From assembly GCA_002633005.1 (NCBI GenBank), contig NMRA01000197.1, positions 599,580-663,579 on the forward strand: a stretch of DNA of 64,000 bases. The letters are read 5' to 3'. Shown here piece after piece: positions 1 through 13,430 of the stretch (the first letter of the stretch is position 1; every line of letters starts with the position of its first letter). Under the pieces are notes generated by a model. That model ran no database searches. It was not told where the DNA came from and worked only from the letters and a program-made list of their open reading frames with translations. The position numbers and the translations under genes were made by a program. This stretch comes from Phoronis australis. Its lineage: Eukaryota > Animalia > Phoronida.

Positions 1-529
1 AAAACACTTGATGGTTTATGTGGATCCAAGAGCTCTGAGACCGTAAACTGTACCCATGGCAACATGGTTATGTCCCAAGTGCTACTCAGCAGCCGTTGTA
101 TGAATGTAAAGCTACCACATAACTGGTTTATCAAGCTCAAACAAGGTTCCTGTTACCATCATCTATCAGTAAGCAATAAGAAACTAACATTCAGAGACGA
201 TGAAGGTACATTGTAAGCAGAGCAATTGCTGTGGTTATAAAACCCTGTTCTATCCATGCAACGTAACTTTTGATTTTAAACAATTACCAGTATAAATTTG
301 ATCTCCGCCTTTTCCTTATTAAGATGAGAAATAATGTTTGGTCTTGCAAAGAACTGGCAGTTCATTATGGTTCAGACTACATCAGGTGAATGAAATGGTA
401 TGCTGTGATAAGTCAACCTATGCAGACTATCTCAAGTAGTTACAAATTGCGAACATTTTGTCCCATCAGCACGCCATCTTTTTGGTCACATCACGTGACC
501 TAATGAATATAAGTCCGAAAAGATTTCTA

Positions 530-602
530 CCCCCGACCGGGACTCGAGCCCAGGACCATCTGCTAATCATGCAGCCGCTCTAGCCACTGAGCCAACGGGA
601 CC
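530..602 (-). mobile_element. tRNA-derived SINE head
   Basis: Minus strand has A box TGGCTCAGTGG and B-box-like GGGCTCGAGTCC; no intact cloverleaf. Confidence 0.65.
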
Positions 603-997
603 ACTGGTCAGACACATAAATCCAATCAGACTTAGTAGTGGGCATCTTACCCTTGATCTCCGGTGTGGGTATAAATTTTCAAGCCCAAAATTCACACCTA
701 TTTTATCAAGGAACAATCCGAGACCAATTTCATACTAATAATACGTGGTCTAAGAGAAAAAGTTGGTTTTCGTGACAGAAGGCATGTTTATATCTACTCT
801 AAAATCCAAAAGAGCATAAAATCTTTACAAGAGCAGACACAAACCTTTGATGCAGATTGTGAGGATGCATGTGACAAAGAAGATAAGGATAAGGGTGGAC
901 AACAGCTCTAAATCCCTGCAATATTTCAATAGCGAAATTTGTAAGAAGACATGCAGTTAAAATTCCATTCTGAGGCCTCCATACTGAAAACTCAGTC

Positions 998-1000
<3 letters not shown>

Positions 1001-1060
<60 letters not shown>

Positions 1061-1099
1061 TATATATATATATGAAACTGAATGGCATTGAACTTCTCC

Positions 1100-1143
<44 letters not shown>
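1001..1143. repeat. (TA)n microsatellites
   Basis: Direct TA runs at 1001-1072 and 1103-1143. Confidence 0.98.
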
Positions 1144-1147
<4 letters not shown>

Positions 1148-1289
1148 CTTTCGATGGGACCCTGTGGCGACGAAACATGGCCCCGAGTTTCACTTCCCGT
1201 GCAGTTTTCCAGCTGCCTCTCACACACGCGCATTTAATGTTTACTTCAGAGGGGAAATTTCAGCCTACGCAAATACCAGAAGCAGAATG

Positions 1290-2705
1290 ATTGGTCTCCG
1301 GACATTACCGTATTTGACGATGTTTTGGCCTCATTCTGAGAATCTCCAGCAGGTTAATCCTTAAGATGTGTCACCCACAAGTTCATAGTTGTGCAGCTGC
1401 AAAGCCTGACCAAGAGCAAAACATCACAACTCACCCTTTCTTTGAAAGTCAGAAGCTATAAGCGTACATGGTTCTCGGTCTTTTTGTCGAGCTTCAATGG
1501 TTGCCAGCCGTTCGCGCGGAACCAAAACTTTGTACCCAGCTTTGCCCGAGGTAGCTTGGATCCCAAAACCTTTCGCTCATTACTTGAAATTACCTCCATA
1601 AGCAACTGAATCGAGCACAATGCGGAAAATTTATTAAAAACAACGGCGTGTTGCGATAACTGTGTATACTCCTATAATAGTACCACCCACACACACAGTT
1701 ATGATAGAATAAGTCACTTCAGGAACGAGTTGTTACTGTACTATTCACCAGTTACCCGAAGTTTTCAGTATCATACGCGTCCGTAAAGGGCTCGAATAAT
1801 CGAGCCGCCTTGATATTGCACTGCCCCGGTGGCGGTCACAATTTCAATCTAAAGAACCTGGAAATCACGGAAGAGTTTACAGATTTCAAACAAGCTCAAT
1901 TCCGGTAGCAGAGTGAATATGGCTTGTGCCTCTGAGCTTGTAACACCAACAGTAAAGACTTCTTGCCTGTAGGTGTAAGTGTTCACCAGTTCTAACTATT
2001 CTTCTCACGCGCGCTGTATCCAGTTTCGTGCTGGCTGTTATCCAAACTTCCTAACAGTTTAGCAAGGGAACATGATGGAAAATGAAACAAAAGTCTACCA
2101 TTTCTGCCAATACTTCTTACAAATACAAATTGTAAAACTCAATTCGTAACTGATGCAATAATTTTTTACAGCAAGAGCAATAGCGGTAGTGCCATTGTCG
2201 CCGCTGCAGCGGAAAGCCTACCCATCGCCGCCGCCGCCGACACCGTACCTTTCGCCGCCGACAATGTACCCGTCGCCGGACCCGCCGACACAAGACCCGT
2301 CGCCGCCGCCACCGACGCACCCGCCGCCGACGAAGCTACCACAGTTCCGACCCCGTCGCCTCCACCACCAGCGCCATCTGCACCACCAGCGCCATCTGCA
2401 CCACCAGCGCCGCTAGAGTTGACACCGTCGCCTCCACCTCCACCAGCACGATAACCATCATGACCATAATAATGTTTTTCTTAGGTCAGCCATTGTCTAC
2501 ATTGTCACCTCTGCTTTGTCAACTAAGCTGTAAGCTGCAAGATCATGTCTAATCTACATGTAGCTAATAAAAAAGCACCAAGATTACATCTAAGGAAGTA
2601 ATTAGTATTGGGTACAATCACAGACTCCCTTTTTTCGACTTTTCGGTTTTCCACTGGTGAAAACTCAGGTCACTCGAGCGTGCTGTCTTGAGCGACTGAA
2701 AAAGG
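1290..2705 (-). pseudogene. Gly-rich coding-like locus, copy 1 (frameshifted)
   Basis: The Gly-rich frame is broken by a frameshift near 2340 and a stop near 2218; it is collinear with 21426-22595. Confidence 0.45.
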
Positions 2706-2928
2706 CCTCCCCCAGTGTGGGGCTGGCTGAGACCAACGAAGATCTACGAGTTGACCTGTCACGGAGTATAATGTTGTAAATGCTGATGTTTTCTGTGTGT
2801 ACCTTGAGAGCCTCACACAGTGCTGGTTATAATGTGCTGGTAGCCAGTCTGAGTGCTGAAGACCAAAATACTATGGAATGGACAAACGGAAGAATTTGGA
2901 CGTAGGTGTAAACGGTAATGACCTGATA

Positions 2929-3008
2929 TAACGTGCCCGAATTTTTAGAACCAGTTTTCTCGACTGAATAACGGCCATAAACTGGTTCTCAAAATAACGG
3001 GGACGTTT
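2929..3008. repeat. Short palindromic dispersed repeat
   Basis: ACGTGCCCGAATTTTTAGAACCAGTTT...AAACTGGTTCTCAAAATAACGGGGACGT; second copy at about 32273-32353. Confidence 0.7.
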
Positions 3009-5324
3009 TTTCACATTATTTGTCCATTTACATTCCAAATTCATGATAATATTAACATGAATATCATGAGCAACTCCACGATAAAATCCAAAATTCTCTC
3101 AAGGGGTCATCTTTCAGATTCAGCTTGAGCTTTGTGTATGTGATCGTGGTGTGGCTCTGACACAAAAATCACCAACTTTGCACTTATTGACCTCTTAGTT
3201 TCTTAATTATAGTCCTTCAGAGGGACACGTTTTTGCATACCGAAAACAACAATTTTCCAATATGAAAAGAGGTAGATTGTATAAAATGAGAGAAAACACA
3301 TAATGAAATTAGGAAGTGGGACATGAGGACCACCAAATGAAAGTAATACTAATAATTTCGCTTCATTCAACAAGTAACAGGGGAGATAAATTCCGAAGCA
3401 CTTTTTTGCAATGTTTAAAGTGGGTGGCACTCAAGTGCTTCTACAAGCCAATTTGCGGGGGGGATGAACATTGAAACAAACGTTTGTGCATAGATCTTGA
3501 ATGTGTGAACAAATTTAAAAAATCTTTCGAATGGGCTATTTTGTTTTTTGTTCTAAAAATGCCCCAATGTTGTGTATTTTACAGTGTTTAAACGAATGTT
3601 TTGCCACGTCATTAAATTTAAAATGGTTTCAAGAAGAAATCATGAACGACAATTAATGTTTTAGGGACCATAATGCTGTCTGACACATCAATATTATCAT
3701 TTCACCTATTGAGCTATTATAACTGACCGTGGGTCAGCGGTTACGCAGGCACAAGTGACGACATATTTGCCTGATGCCAATACATTAAACGGTTGATGTC
3801 ATAAGAGACAATTTTTAGGCTGACATGAAGAATGCATGTGTTTTTTAATGACATATTCCGATTTATGGATTTTGTCAAGGTAATTTATCTTTATTTCTAA
3901 GCAATTCCCATAAAATTAAGGGTTCGAGAGTGTATGCAGAGGTCGAACCGAATTTTACTTTTTCACTTTGAAGACAAAAGCCTACATCATAGGAAAGGCA
4001 TCGAAGTTTGAAATACAAAAATGAAAAAGTAGCAAAACCGCATGGTGCATTCAAAAGTTATCGCTATTTATGTGTCAAATTTTGACTCACTATTTTGATC
4101 GAGCCGGCCATCTTCCCATGTCAGCGGCATAGGTTACGAGTTTTTAAAAGTGCTTAAACATTATTTTCACAAATATCCTTAATCACCAATCTGCAAAATC
4201 CAAGAGTGTACATCAAAATATTTAATTGCGCAGGTGTAATTTATTGAGGTTTTAAAGTGCCCACAATTCGCGTTGGCCTATAGAGCCACTATTCGGAACT
4301 GACGGGCATGTTCAACCGGTGAAGATTTAACTATAATACATTTTTAGACTCGCTACTGCAAAGACAGCAGTTTTGTACAATTTTCCAGTGCTTGTGCCAT
4401 AGCTATTATGTATATTCTACTTAATTTAATGTGGATTACCCCTTCAATAGATCTTGCATCCTGCTAAATATACGGTTGAATTTGTGTGTGTGTGGGGGGG
4501 GGGGGACAAAAACGACGCTAGAGTGCAGCATGTGAATCAAAAGTCATTCTCAAGTACAATAGTAGACATAAAACAAAATATCGTAACTGAATATTATAAA
4601 ATCAGATTAATATTGAAACGTCGTTCTCAAACATGTACATGCCACCGCTTTGATGGAAACGTTTTAGCCAAATTTCATGAAAGTTTACAACCGAAGTCAA
4701 GTTATAGAAACTGTCACCAGGGTGCCAGCAGTATTCGAAATATCTAAACATTGACATTGACTGATTTGATCACCATGGAAACATATTTTCAAAAATTAAT
4801 GAAGTCGCTTTATGAGGTTTATGAGATACAGTTGCAAACTGCCCGTAGTCAGACACTGCAAAATACGTGATGGTATGTCTCTTCTATCGGCAAATGCTTG
4901 AAAATAAACTGGCCCCCAGAGCACCTCAAAAATGGCTAAAAGCCAATTACTTAAAATTGGGCAAAATTTATTAAATTTTGGCACTCCAGTGAAGGTTAAC
5001 TGAAACCCCTTTGAGTCTAATGATAAAGAGGTTCAATGTCTACATAAACATCATAAAGTTTTTTTCTTTCCTGTTCTTTTAAGCCGTTTTAAAACAATTT
5101 CACTAACTGAGCCCTTTTGAACCAAAAATGGGCTAGTTTGGGCCAAAATATTCGTGTTGCTCTAACTTAAAAAACCATGGTCCAAAATTTTTTATAAACA
5201 TTTTAAACATATCTCACTAGTATGTATGTACACACAATCGGTGACTCTATAGAGTCGACCTTTACATGCTCACGTGGAATCACCCCAGCCATCCCGCGAT
5301 CGAGTACGCCCGGAAGGCGATCGA

Positions 5325-5730
5325 AGATTTCTTCTAAGGTCTTCAAGAACAGGGCATCGACACATGAAGTGAGGCTCATCTTCAATTTGACCCAGACTGT
5401 ATGTACCGCATATTCTCTCACTTCTGGGAATACCCATATATCTCCCTTTCTCTATATTAAGTGAGTGACCTGAACATCGAAATTGCGCAAGTATTTTTAA
5501 CGAATAAGCGCTTAAAATTCACATATTGCTCGCTAAAAAGATTATGTTTAATAACACTATAAAATTCATATTTATTTGAGCTACCTATTTCCAGTTGCCA
5601 TTCCTGTACGACACAATCCAGAAATCTCGGCTTGAATATCATAATAAATTCAGCACTATTGCCTAGGCCAAATAAACGCACTTTTCCATAACCGTACCTA
5701 TACAAAATTTCTTTGACACGGTGTGCCCCG
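5325..5730 (-). mobile_element. Degenerate 3' end of a non-LTR retrotransposon ORF2
   Basis: Paralogous to 25490-26005; encodes a remnant of the C-terminal C-x2-C...E-x-E-x-H-F-x3-C-P motif. Confidence 0.7.
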
Positions 5731-7545
5731 CCCAGTTACAATTACGTTTTCACTTTGTTCCCTAAGCATGCTATAGCACTTCAGTGGGTACCTATGTTCT
5801 TCCATATCAAGTAATTTCGTACAACAGATTATTGGTTTACCCATCTATTTTATATTTAACAATTGTCTTCCACATTCACCGCGAGCCATAGCATTTGGCG
5901 TTTTAATACTCAATGTCAGAACATATTTACAGAAATCATGAGCTTTTTCAGTAGATTCACTCATTGATGTTCCCCATATTTCTGCACCATATGTTCATAT
6001 GGGCATTATCACAAAGTCAAAGAATTTAAAGTGCACTCCATGGGAAATACAGTTAAATTTAGACAGAGTGCCGATAATAAGCTCACTGCTTTTCGAGCTT
6101 GGCTAGAAAGTACTCTACAGCACTCTGTCCATCTAAATCCGCAGAAGAATGTGTTCATTCATGACGTTTCTGTTTGCTATGCCTGTAGAAGGAAGCATAC
6201 TGTTTGCATGTCATGCCAAATTCACCACAAAAAGGAGTGTCTTCGTGCTGTGACACAGTGTCGTTTCAGGCTTACTCTTTCCGTGAAGCACTGATCACAG
6301 ATAGGACACGGAATCGACTTGGTTTCTAAGCACGATGCTTCATTATATTGGTAAAAAAAAAACTCTTGACGCATGCAACGCATCAATCACAGGGCTGATA
6401 AAGGTCTTGCTTGTTGTAGTGTCACTGTTTTATTGCCATATGGTCAGGTCGATTTTTTAGTTCCTGAACGAGGCTCCACAACATACACACACACTTCATT
6501 GTGACATGCAGCAGTTGTACTACTATTTTTTGAAGATGTGGACGTTGACACCATGAATGACTTGTGGTGTGGCTATACAATTCAACTGAAAAATATCAAA
6601 CGGATTCAGTTAAGCCCTGTGTTTTTTAGGCTAGATCTTACTTAGAAATCATAAATAAACGATGAAATGTAATTAATAATCAACCCATCAACTAATTCAG
6701 CCTCCGTATTATTGTAAAATTATTGACATACTGCCGTAACTTGAACAACTATTCAGGCCAATGCAGAGAGAAAAAATGTGCGTTCACGATCGCCATAGAG
6801 AATTAACGACTTAGTTCCTGATCGCCGTCTCACAAAGGCCTTCTTGTATTGGTAAATATCACAATTTTTTCACAAAGGTGTCACCACGGACGGTTAAACT
6901 ACAAACGTCACACGTCTCTTCTTAAGAACCATGGAATTACTAATAACAAGTAGAAATTGTCGATTTCACTAGGCGCAAAGGATTTTACCGAAAGCCATTG
7001 CTTTCTGAGCTCTTTATTTTGAAAAATAAGCAAAAGCCAAGTATTATGTCAGATCCACAACCAAGGTTACACTCTGACGCTTTTCTGTGTGTAGCATTCG
7101 TACCAAAATGGCCTCTATTTAAGCACAAAGTGACACTCAAACTCACCGGGTACGTCACTGTCGTCTGCCATTTTTGGTGCAAGGTCTCGTTCTCGATCGC
7201 TTTCCGGGCGTTTTCGATCGCGGGTTGGCCGGGATGGCTAATGAAAAACGAGTCTTTTTATCATATTAATAGGCTGAGGACAGGAGTTCTTTATCGGCGT
7301 TCGTGGGACAAAAAGAGGGTCCCACGTGACCAGAATGTCTACAATTTGGACCGTTGTTTGCGTGCCTGCTGCAACTACGCGCACAAACGGGCGTTGTGTT
7401 TCGTACGACAAAGTTCACCGGAGGTTAGAAACTAGGGAACTTTTGTTCTGCAAATTCTGCACCCAGGATCCACTGAGCTATGTGTAAAGGTTAGAACCGA
7501 CTTTTTGTCTCAAAATTACCGAGCTGACTAATAAGACAAAAGACN

Positions 7546-7586
<41 letters not shown>
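7546..7586. repeat. (CA)n microsatellite
   Basis: Direct CA run. Confidence 0.98.
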
Positions 7587-7589
<3 letters not shown>

Positions 7590-9796
7590 TAGGCTACTGG
7601 AGTGGTGATACTTTATAAAAGCTGTTTATTGCTAAATAAGGAACTATACAATTTAGGAAGAAAACAAACGAACGTAGAAGCCCAATCACACACAACTCAC
7701 ATTTTGTCAGCACCGTCATTGAAAGAAAATATAACGGACTCACTAGAGTTATTACAGGCTTTTGGCTGCCGACGCACACTTAAGTGGAGACGAGTCCTTG
7801 CTTCACGTGAAAAAGCAAAGGGGTTTTGTAGCATTCCCTACTCCTAAGCACTACTTATGATAACTGCAACTTAATTATGCAACATAATTTTTATTAGTTA
7901 ATTCACAGCGAAAAAATCCCGACATAGAAAGATAGGACCAAAACCTTCAATTTTACAGTTTCTTCCCAAAATTAGCACCTGCAGGGAAGAACAAATCTGA
8001 CTACAGATTCAGATTGCTCGTTCTTTCTAAATTCTAAAGATTCCAAAGTAGGGAAAACATAAAAGAAGCAGGGGTGAAAAAGGTGGCTACCGGGGTATTC
8101 CCCTACCTCTTTGCTATGTCATATGCCTCCGAACAGTCCAGATACTCCTATGCCTTTCACCTATAACCTTGCTTCTGAATCATACAGACAATACATATGT
8201 TATATGTCCGAAAGCGGATATTTAAAACAGAGAAGAAGGCGTTCACGACTAGCGTGCAACTCATTCATGAAAGGAAACCAACGTTGACTCCCTAACAGGT
8301 CGAGATTGGGCAACTCGACCGGTTTGCACACTACAGAATCTGCCGGCTAAGATCAAAGACAACATGCTGTTGGGGTTAATTAAATCGCCGCAGGCTTCTA
8401 ATGTTTTCATTCTCTAGACCATTACAAACACATTAGGGATGACAATACTATTTTTAAATTTTTGTTTTAAAGCTTTAAGTAGCACATTTAAATAGTTCGA
8501 AAACTGGGCAAGGAATGTCACTTTTACATACTCAAACGTTTGTTTAATGTTGCCACAACATATTCCTCATTAAATCTGCCGGGTGTGCAACATATTTGGG
8601 CCATTTACCAAAACACCAGGCAGCAGTTTGAGGTAAGCCAAGTATCATCGTACAATTTTTGGCAGGATGACTAATATTTCGCATGCTATGCCCAAAAACG
8701 AAAATATGCAGCAAATATTCTGACCATGATTAACTTTTAATGAATCTTCAAACATTTTGGAAAGTATTGGTTCATTACGAAAGCCAATTCTAGCGTGTAA
8801 TATCTTAGCAATAGCAGCACAAACGCTTGCGCAAATGTCGTTCACTTCGTGCATCAATTTCCGTCAACGTTTCGTTTGTTTTGGAAAGATGCACAAAGGC
8901 ACGTGAGCAAGTTTTGAAACGCCATAATTGCCTTAGTGATGAGTAAAAAACAGACCTTCATCATTTTGCTCGTCTCATGTGACTCGATTTTCAAAAAGAA
9001 TAAAACGAGAGACTAGAACCAGCTGTGCTTTTAAACCATATATAGAATTTGTTTTTTAATGCATGTACAAGCGTAAAAAGAAATTATGTTCATTTTCTTA
9101 GTTGGTTAGAAATTAGCAAAAAGAATGTATTTCATGCATTTAATTTTTGAGCACTTTATCCGTGAAAATAATGGTTTAGTACAATATGCTTCACCCGATG
9201 GGAAATTTCTTTGCAATGATGAGAATTCATTCTGGAAAGCACTGTTAGTAGTTTTTCGCGTAATAACATAGGTATTAATTATTTGCATTTTTTATGAAAT
9301 ATTTTCCCAATTTATAATATACGGGGACGTGTAGATTTGTTCTAACGTGNNNNNNNNNNNNNNNNNNNNNNNNNNNNNNNNNNNNNNNNNNNNNNNNNNN
9401 NNNNNNNNNNNNNNNNNNNNNNNNNNNNNNNNNNNNNNNNNNNNNNNNNNNNNNNNNNNNNNNNNNNNNNNNNNNNNNNNNNNNNNNNNNNNNNNNNNNN
9501 NNNNNNNNNNNNNNNNNNNNNNNNNNNNNNNNNNNNNNNNNNNNNNNNNNNNNNNATTCGCACGGTAAAGTCAACGCAAAACCAAGTGGCGGTAAACGCT
9601 TGCCTCCTAAAACGTCACTTCCGGAGTAGCGGACGAGTAATTTATAAAATTACGAAAAGCTGTAATTAAGTGGAAAATATGTCTAGGATAACCAACCAAC
9701 TTTATTTTAGCTCAAAATGACATGGAAAAAGGTTGCCTTTGCCTTTAATATATGGTTAAAACCGAGCTGAGGAGCTAGAAACCTTGCTCAAGGGTT

Positions 9797-9876
9797 TAGC
9801 AGTGTGACTCAGTGGGACTCGAACCCACGACCTCGAGTAAAGAAAGTAGGCACTTATCAACCAGGCCACACTGCCT
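9797..9876 (-). mobile_element. tRNA-derived SINE head
   Basis: TGGCCTGGTTG (A-box-like) and GGTTCGAGTCCC (B box), closed by a GCAGTGTG/CACACTGC stem; the anticodon arm is degenerate. Confidence 0.6.
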
Positions 9877-12044
9877 CCTCAACCTGCTTGTATTGGTAAA
9901 TTTCACATTTTTTTCACAACTCATATCTAACAAAGGTGCCACTACGGACGATTTAACTATAAACGTCCCACGTCTGTTCTTAAAAGCCATGGAATTGCTA
10001 ATAACAAGTAGAAATTGTCGATTTTACGAGGCGCAAGGAATTTTACCGAAAGTCGTTTCTTTCTGAGCTCTTTATTTTGAAAAATAAGCAAAAGCCAAGT
10101 ATAATGTCAGATCCACAACAAAGGTTACACTCTGACGCTTTTCTGTGTGTAGCATTCGTACCAAAGTGGCCTCTATTTAAGCTGTTTATTGCAAAATAAG
10201 GAACAATACAATTTGGGAAGAAAACAAACGAACGTAGAAGCCCATTCATACACAATTCACATTTTGTCAGCACCGTCATTGAAAGAAAATAAAACGGACA
10301 CTCTAGAGTTATTACAGGCTTTTGGCTGGCTGCCGACGCACACCTAAGTGGAGACGAGTCCTTGCCTCACGTGAAAAAGCAAAGGGGTTTTGTAGCATTC
10401 TCGACTCCTAAGCACTACTAATGATAACTGCAACTTAATTATGCAACAGATTTTTAATTAGTTAATTCGCAGCGAAAAAAATCCCGACATAGAAAGATAG
10501 GACCAAAACCTCCAATTTTACAGTTTCTTCCCGAAATTAGCACTTGCAGGGAAGAACAAATCTGACTACAGATTCAGATTGCTCTTTCTTTCTAGGTTCT
10601 AAAGATTCCAAAGTAGGGAAAACATAAAAGAAGCAGGGGTGAAAAAGGTGGCTACCGGGGTATTCCCCTACCTCTTTGCAAAACTATGTCATATGCCCCC
10701 GAACAGTCCAGATACTCATATGCCTTTCACCTATAACCTTGCTTCTGAATCATACAGACAATACATATGTTATATGTCCGAAAGCGGATATTTAAAACAG
10801 AGAAGAAGGCGTTCACGACTAGCGTGCAACTCTCTGGCATTCATGAAAGGAAACCAACGTTGACTCCCTAACAGGTCGAGATTGGGCAACTTGACCGGTT
10901 TGCACACTACAGAATCTGCCGTCTAAGATCAAAGACAACATGCTGTTGGGGTTAATTAAATCGCCGCAGGCTTCTAACGTTTTCATTCTCTAGACCATCA
11001 CAGACACATTACGGGTGACAATACTATTTTTAAATTTTTGTTTTAAAGTTTTAAGTAGCACATTTAAATAGTTCGAAAACTGGACAAGGAATGGCACTTT
11101 TACATACTCAAACGTTTTTTAATGTTGCCACAACATATTCCTCATTAAATCTGCCGGGTGTGCAACATATTTGGGCCAGTTACCAAAACACCAGGCAGCA
11201 GTTTGAGGTAAGCCAAGTATCATCGTACAATTTTTGGCAGGATGACAAATATTACGCATGCTATGCCCGAAAACGAAAATATGCAGCAAATATTCTGACC
11301 ATGATTAACTTTTAATGAATCTTCAAACATTTTGGAAAGTATTGGTTCATTACGAAAGCCAATTCTAGCGTGTAATATCTTAGCAATAGCAGCACAAACG
11401 CTTGCGCAAATGTCGTTCACTTCGTGCTTCAATTTCCGTCAACGTTTCGTTTGTTTTGGAAAGATGCACAAAGGCACGTGAGCAAGTTTTGAAACGCCAT
11501 AATTGCCTTAGTGATGAGTAAAAAAACAGACCTTCATCATTTTGCTCTTCTCATGTGACTCGATTTTCAAAAAGAATAAAACGAGAGACTAGAACCTGCT
11601 GTGCTTTTAAACCATATCTAGAATTTGTTTCTGAATGCATGTGCAAGCGTAAAAAGAAATTATGTTCATTTTCTTAGTTGGTTAGAAATTAGCAAAAAGA
11701 ATGTATTACATGCATTTAATTTTTGAGCACTTTATCCGTGAAAATTATGGTTTAGTACAATATTCTTCACCCGATGGGAAATTTCTTTGCAATGATGAGA
11801 ATTCATTCTGGAAAGCACTGTTAGTAGTTTTTCGCGTAATAACATAGGTCTTAATTCTTTGCATTTTTTATGAAATATTTTCCCAATTTATAATATACGG
11901 GGACGTGTAGATTTGTTCTAACGTGCCACGTGGTCGGAGTCATTATCCGTACTTGAACTCTAAATTACCTCCGTAGTCGTATTGTGGTGAAATGTTGCGT
12001 GTTGCGGCCAACAGATGGCGCGCATGTAAAGTAACACACGAATA

Positions 12045-12086
12045 CCTCAACCAAGGAGTGTATACTACTACACTCCTTGCCTCAAC
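12045..12086. mobile_element. 28-bp perfect hairpin with 7-bp direct repeats; probable P-element-type excision footprint
   Basis: CCTCAAC | CAAGGAGTGTA tactac TACACTCCTTG | CCTCAAC. Confidence 0.65.
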
Positions 12087-12560
12087 CAATAAAATAACGT
12101 CTATTGAGTTGCAGCGTTGTGATTAACAACCAACAGATTACAATAAGTTGTGAGACTTACGGTTGGCTGATTGAGACGAGGCACCACTACTGGTGAAAGC
12201 ACTAATCTACAGTGCCACTAGTCACCCGTAACATGTGTGTTAACTCTTCAACTAATCCCCTAGATCATGCGCCAGACTGGTTCGTTCGACTATCAGGCTG
12301 AGACCAATGCCCGTGTCTAAGTGTCAATACCTTAGGTTGTTACTCTTTACAGTTTCTTGATCACACGAAGTGTTCGTCTGAGTGGTTCCTGCCTTCGTAG
12401 TCTGGACTGACTTTATGCCTCTTCTACAGTGGTCTGGTGGTCCGACTATGGTGGTCTTTTTGGTATGCGGTCTTACTCTGCCTCGAGAGCCTGTGCTTTA
12501 AATACTATTTTGGTGGCATCGCGTGATGAACCCATATCCATACCTACATCTGCTTATAAT

Positions 12561-13268
12561 CACAGGCGTCCTCATCTCCTGATCGTCCCCAATACACTAT
12601 AATACTACAAGGGTGAGGTAGGACACTCCCGACCAGAAATTCCACGGGTGCTTCACTTCAGCCGTCCGTAGCAAACACAAAACTCAATAAATTTACACAA
12701 AACGAAGTTCAACAAACCATGAGGAATTTTTCTTTCTTCCAATACTATTTACGATGTTCTGCTCCTCCGAATTTGCAAGAAATTCGCGGTCAAAGCACAA
12801 AAATTTTCCCAAAAAGCCTCCTCAGACGGTTCGAGATCAAGGGCGGTACGGAATTATCCGATGAGTTACGGATGTACGGCAATTGCCGGTTCATCAAAAA
12901 AGGTTACGAATGGTCTGGCTGTGGGTGGAGTTATCGATGTCGTGACACTCCGTGACAAATCGGCAATTGCCGTACCGTCCTTGACCTCAAACCGTACAAG
13001 GAGGCTCGATGCGTGGGCTTTTTGGGAACATTTTTGTGCTTTGACCGCAAATTTATTGCAATCTCGCTTGAAGCAGGACAACGTGAATGGCATTGGCAGA
13101 AAGAACAGTTGCTAATGGTTTGTTCAAACCTTGTTTTGTGTAAATTTATTGAGTTTTGTGTTTGATATGGACGCCTGACTGAAGTGAAGCACCCCGGAAT
13201 TTATGGTCGGAAGTGTCACACCTTGTAGTACGTGTATTGGGGACGATCAGAAACTGAGGACGCCTGTG
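12561..13268. mobile_element. Non-autonomous foldback DNA transposon (hAT/P-like), about 300-bp imperfect TIRs, 8-bp TSD
   Basis: Ends are CACAGGCGTCCTCA...TGAGGACGCCTGTG, and CTTATAAT is repeated at 12553-12560 and 13269-13276. A partial second copy lies at about 13693-14272. Confidence 0.85.
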
Positions 13269-13282
13269 CTTATAATGAGTTA

Positions 13283-13430
13283 ATTGGCTACTCCTGGAGA
13301 ATTCTTACGTAATACTTCAAAGTTCTACCATATTGGCTTCTCCCTGATAATTCTTATGCAATGCTTGTAATAAGTTCTGCCATATTGGCTATTCCTACAG
13401 CATTCCTGCATAATATTCGTAATAAAGTTT
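13283..13430 (-). promoter_or_regulatory. Three ~50-bp tandem U3 repeats, each carrying a CCAAT box
   Basis: ATTGG at 13283, 13332 and 13384 sits within similar units (attggcta/ttc...aattctta..taata..aagttct.ccat). Confidence 0.5.

Larger units (their letters stand above)
6840..11924. repeat. Near-identical duplicated block (6840-9349 and 9886-11924) flanking an assembly gap
   Basis: Collinear with scattered SNPs and indels; copy 2 lacks about 500 bp (7124-7622) bounded by AAGC microhomology. Confidence 0.9.

Noticed and set aside
799-1290. YI-repeat ORFs
   Set aside because: Translation of (TA)n microsatellites.
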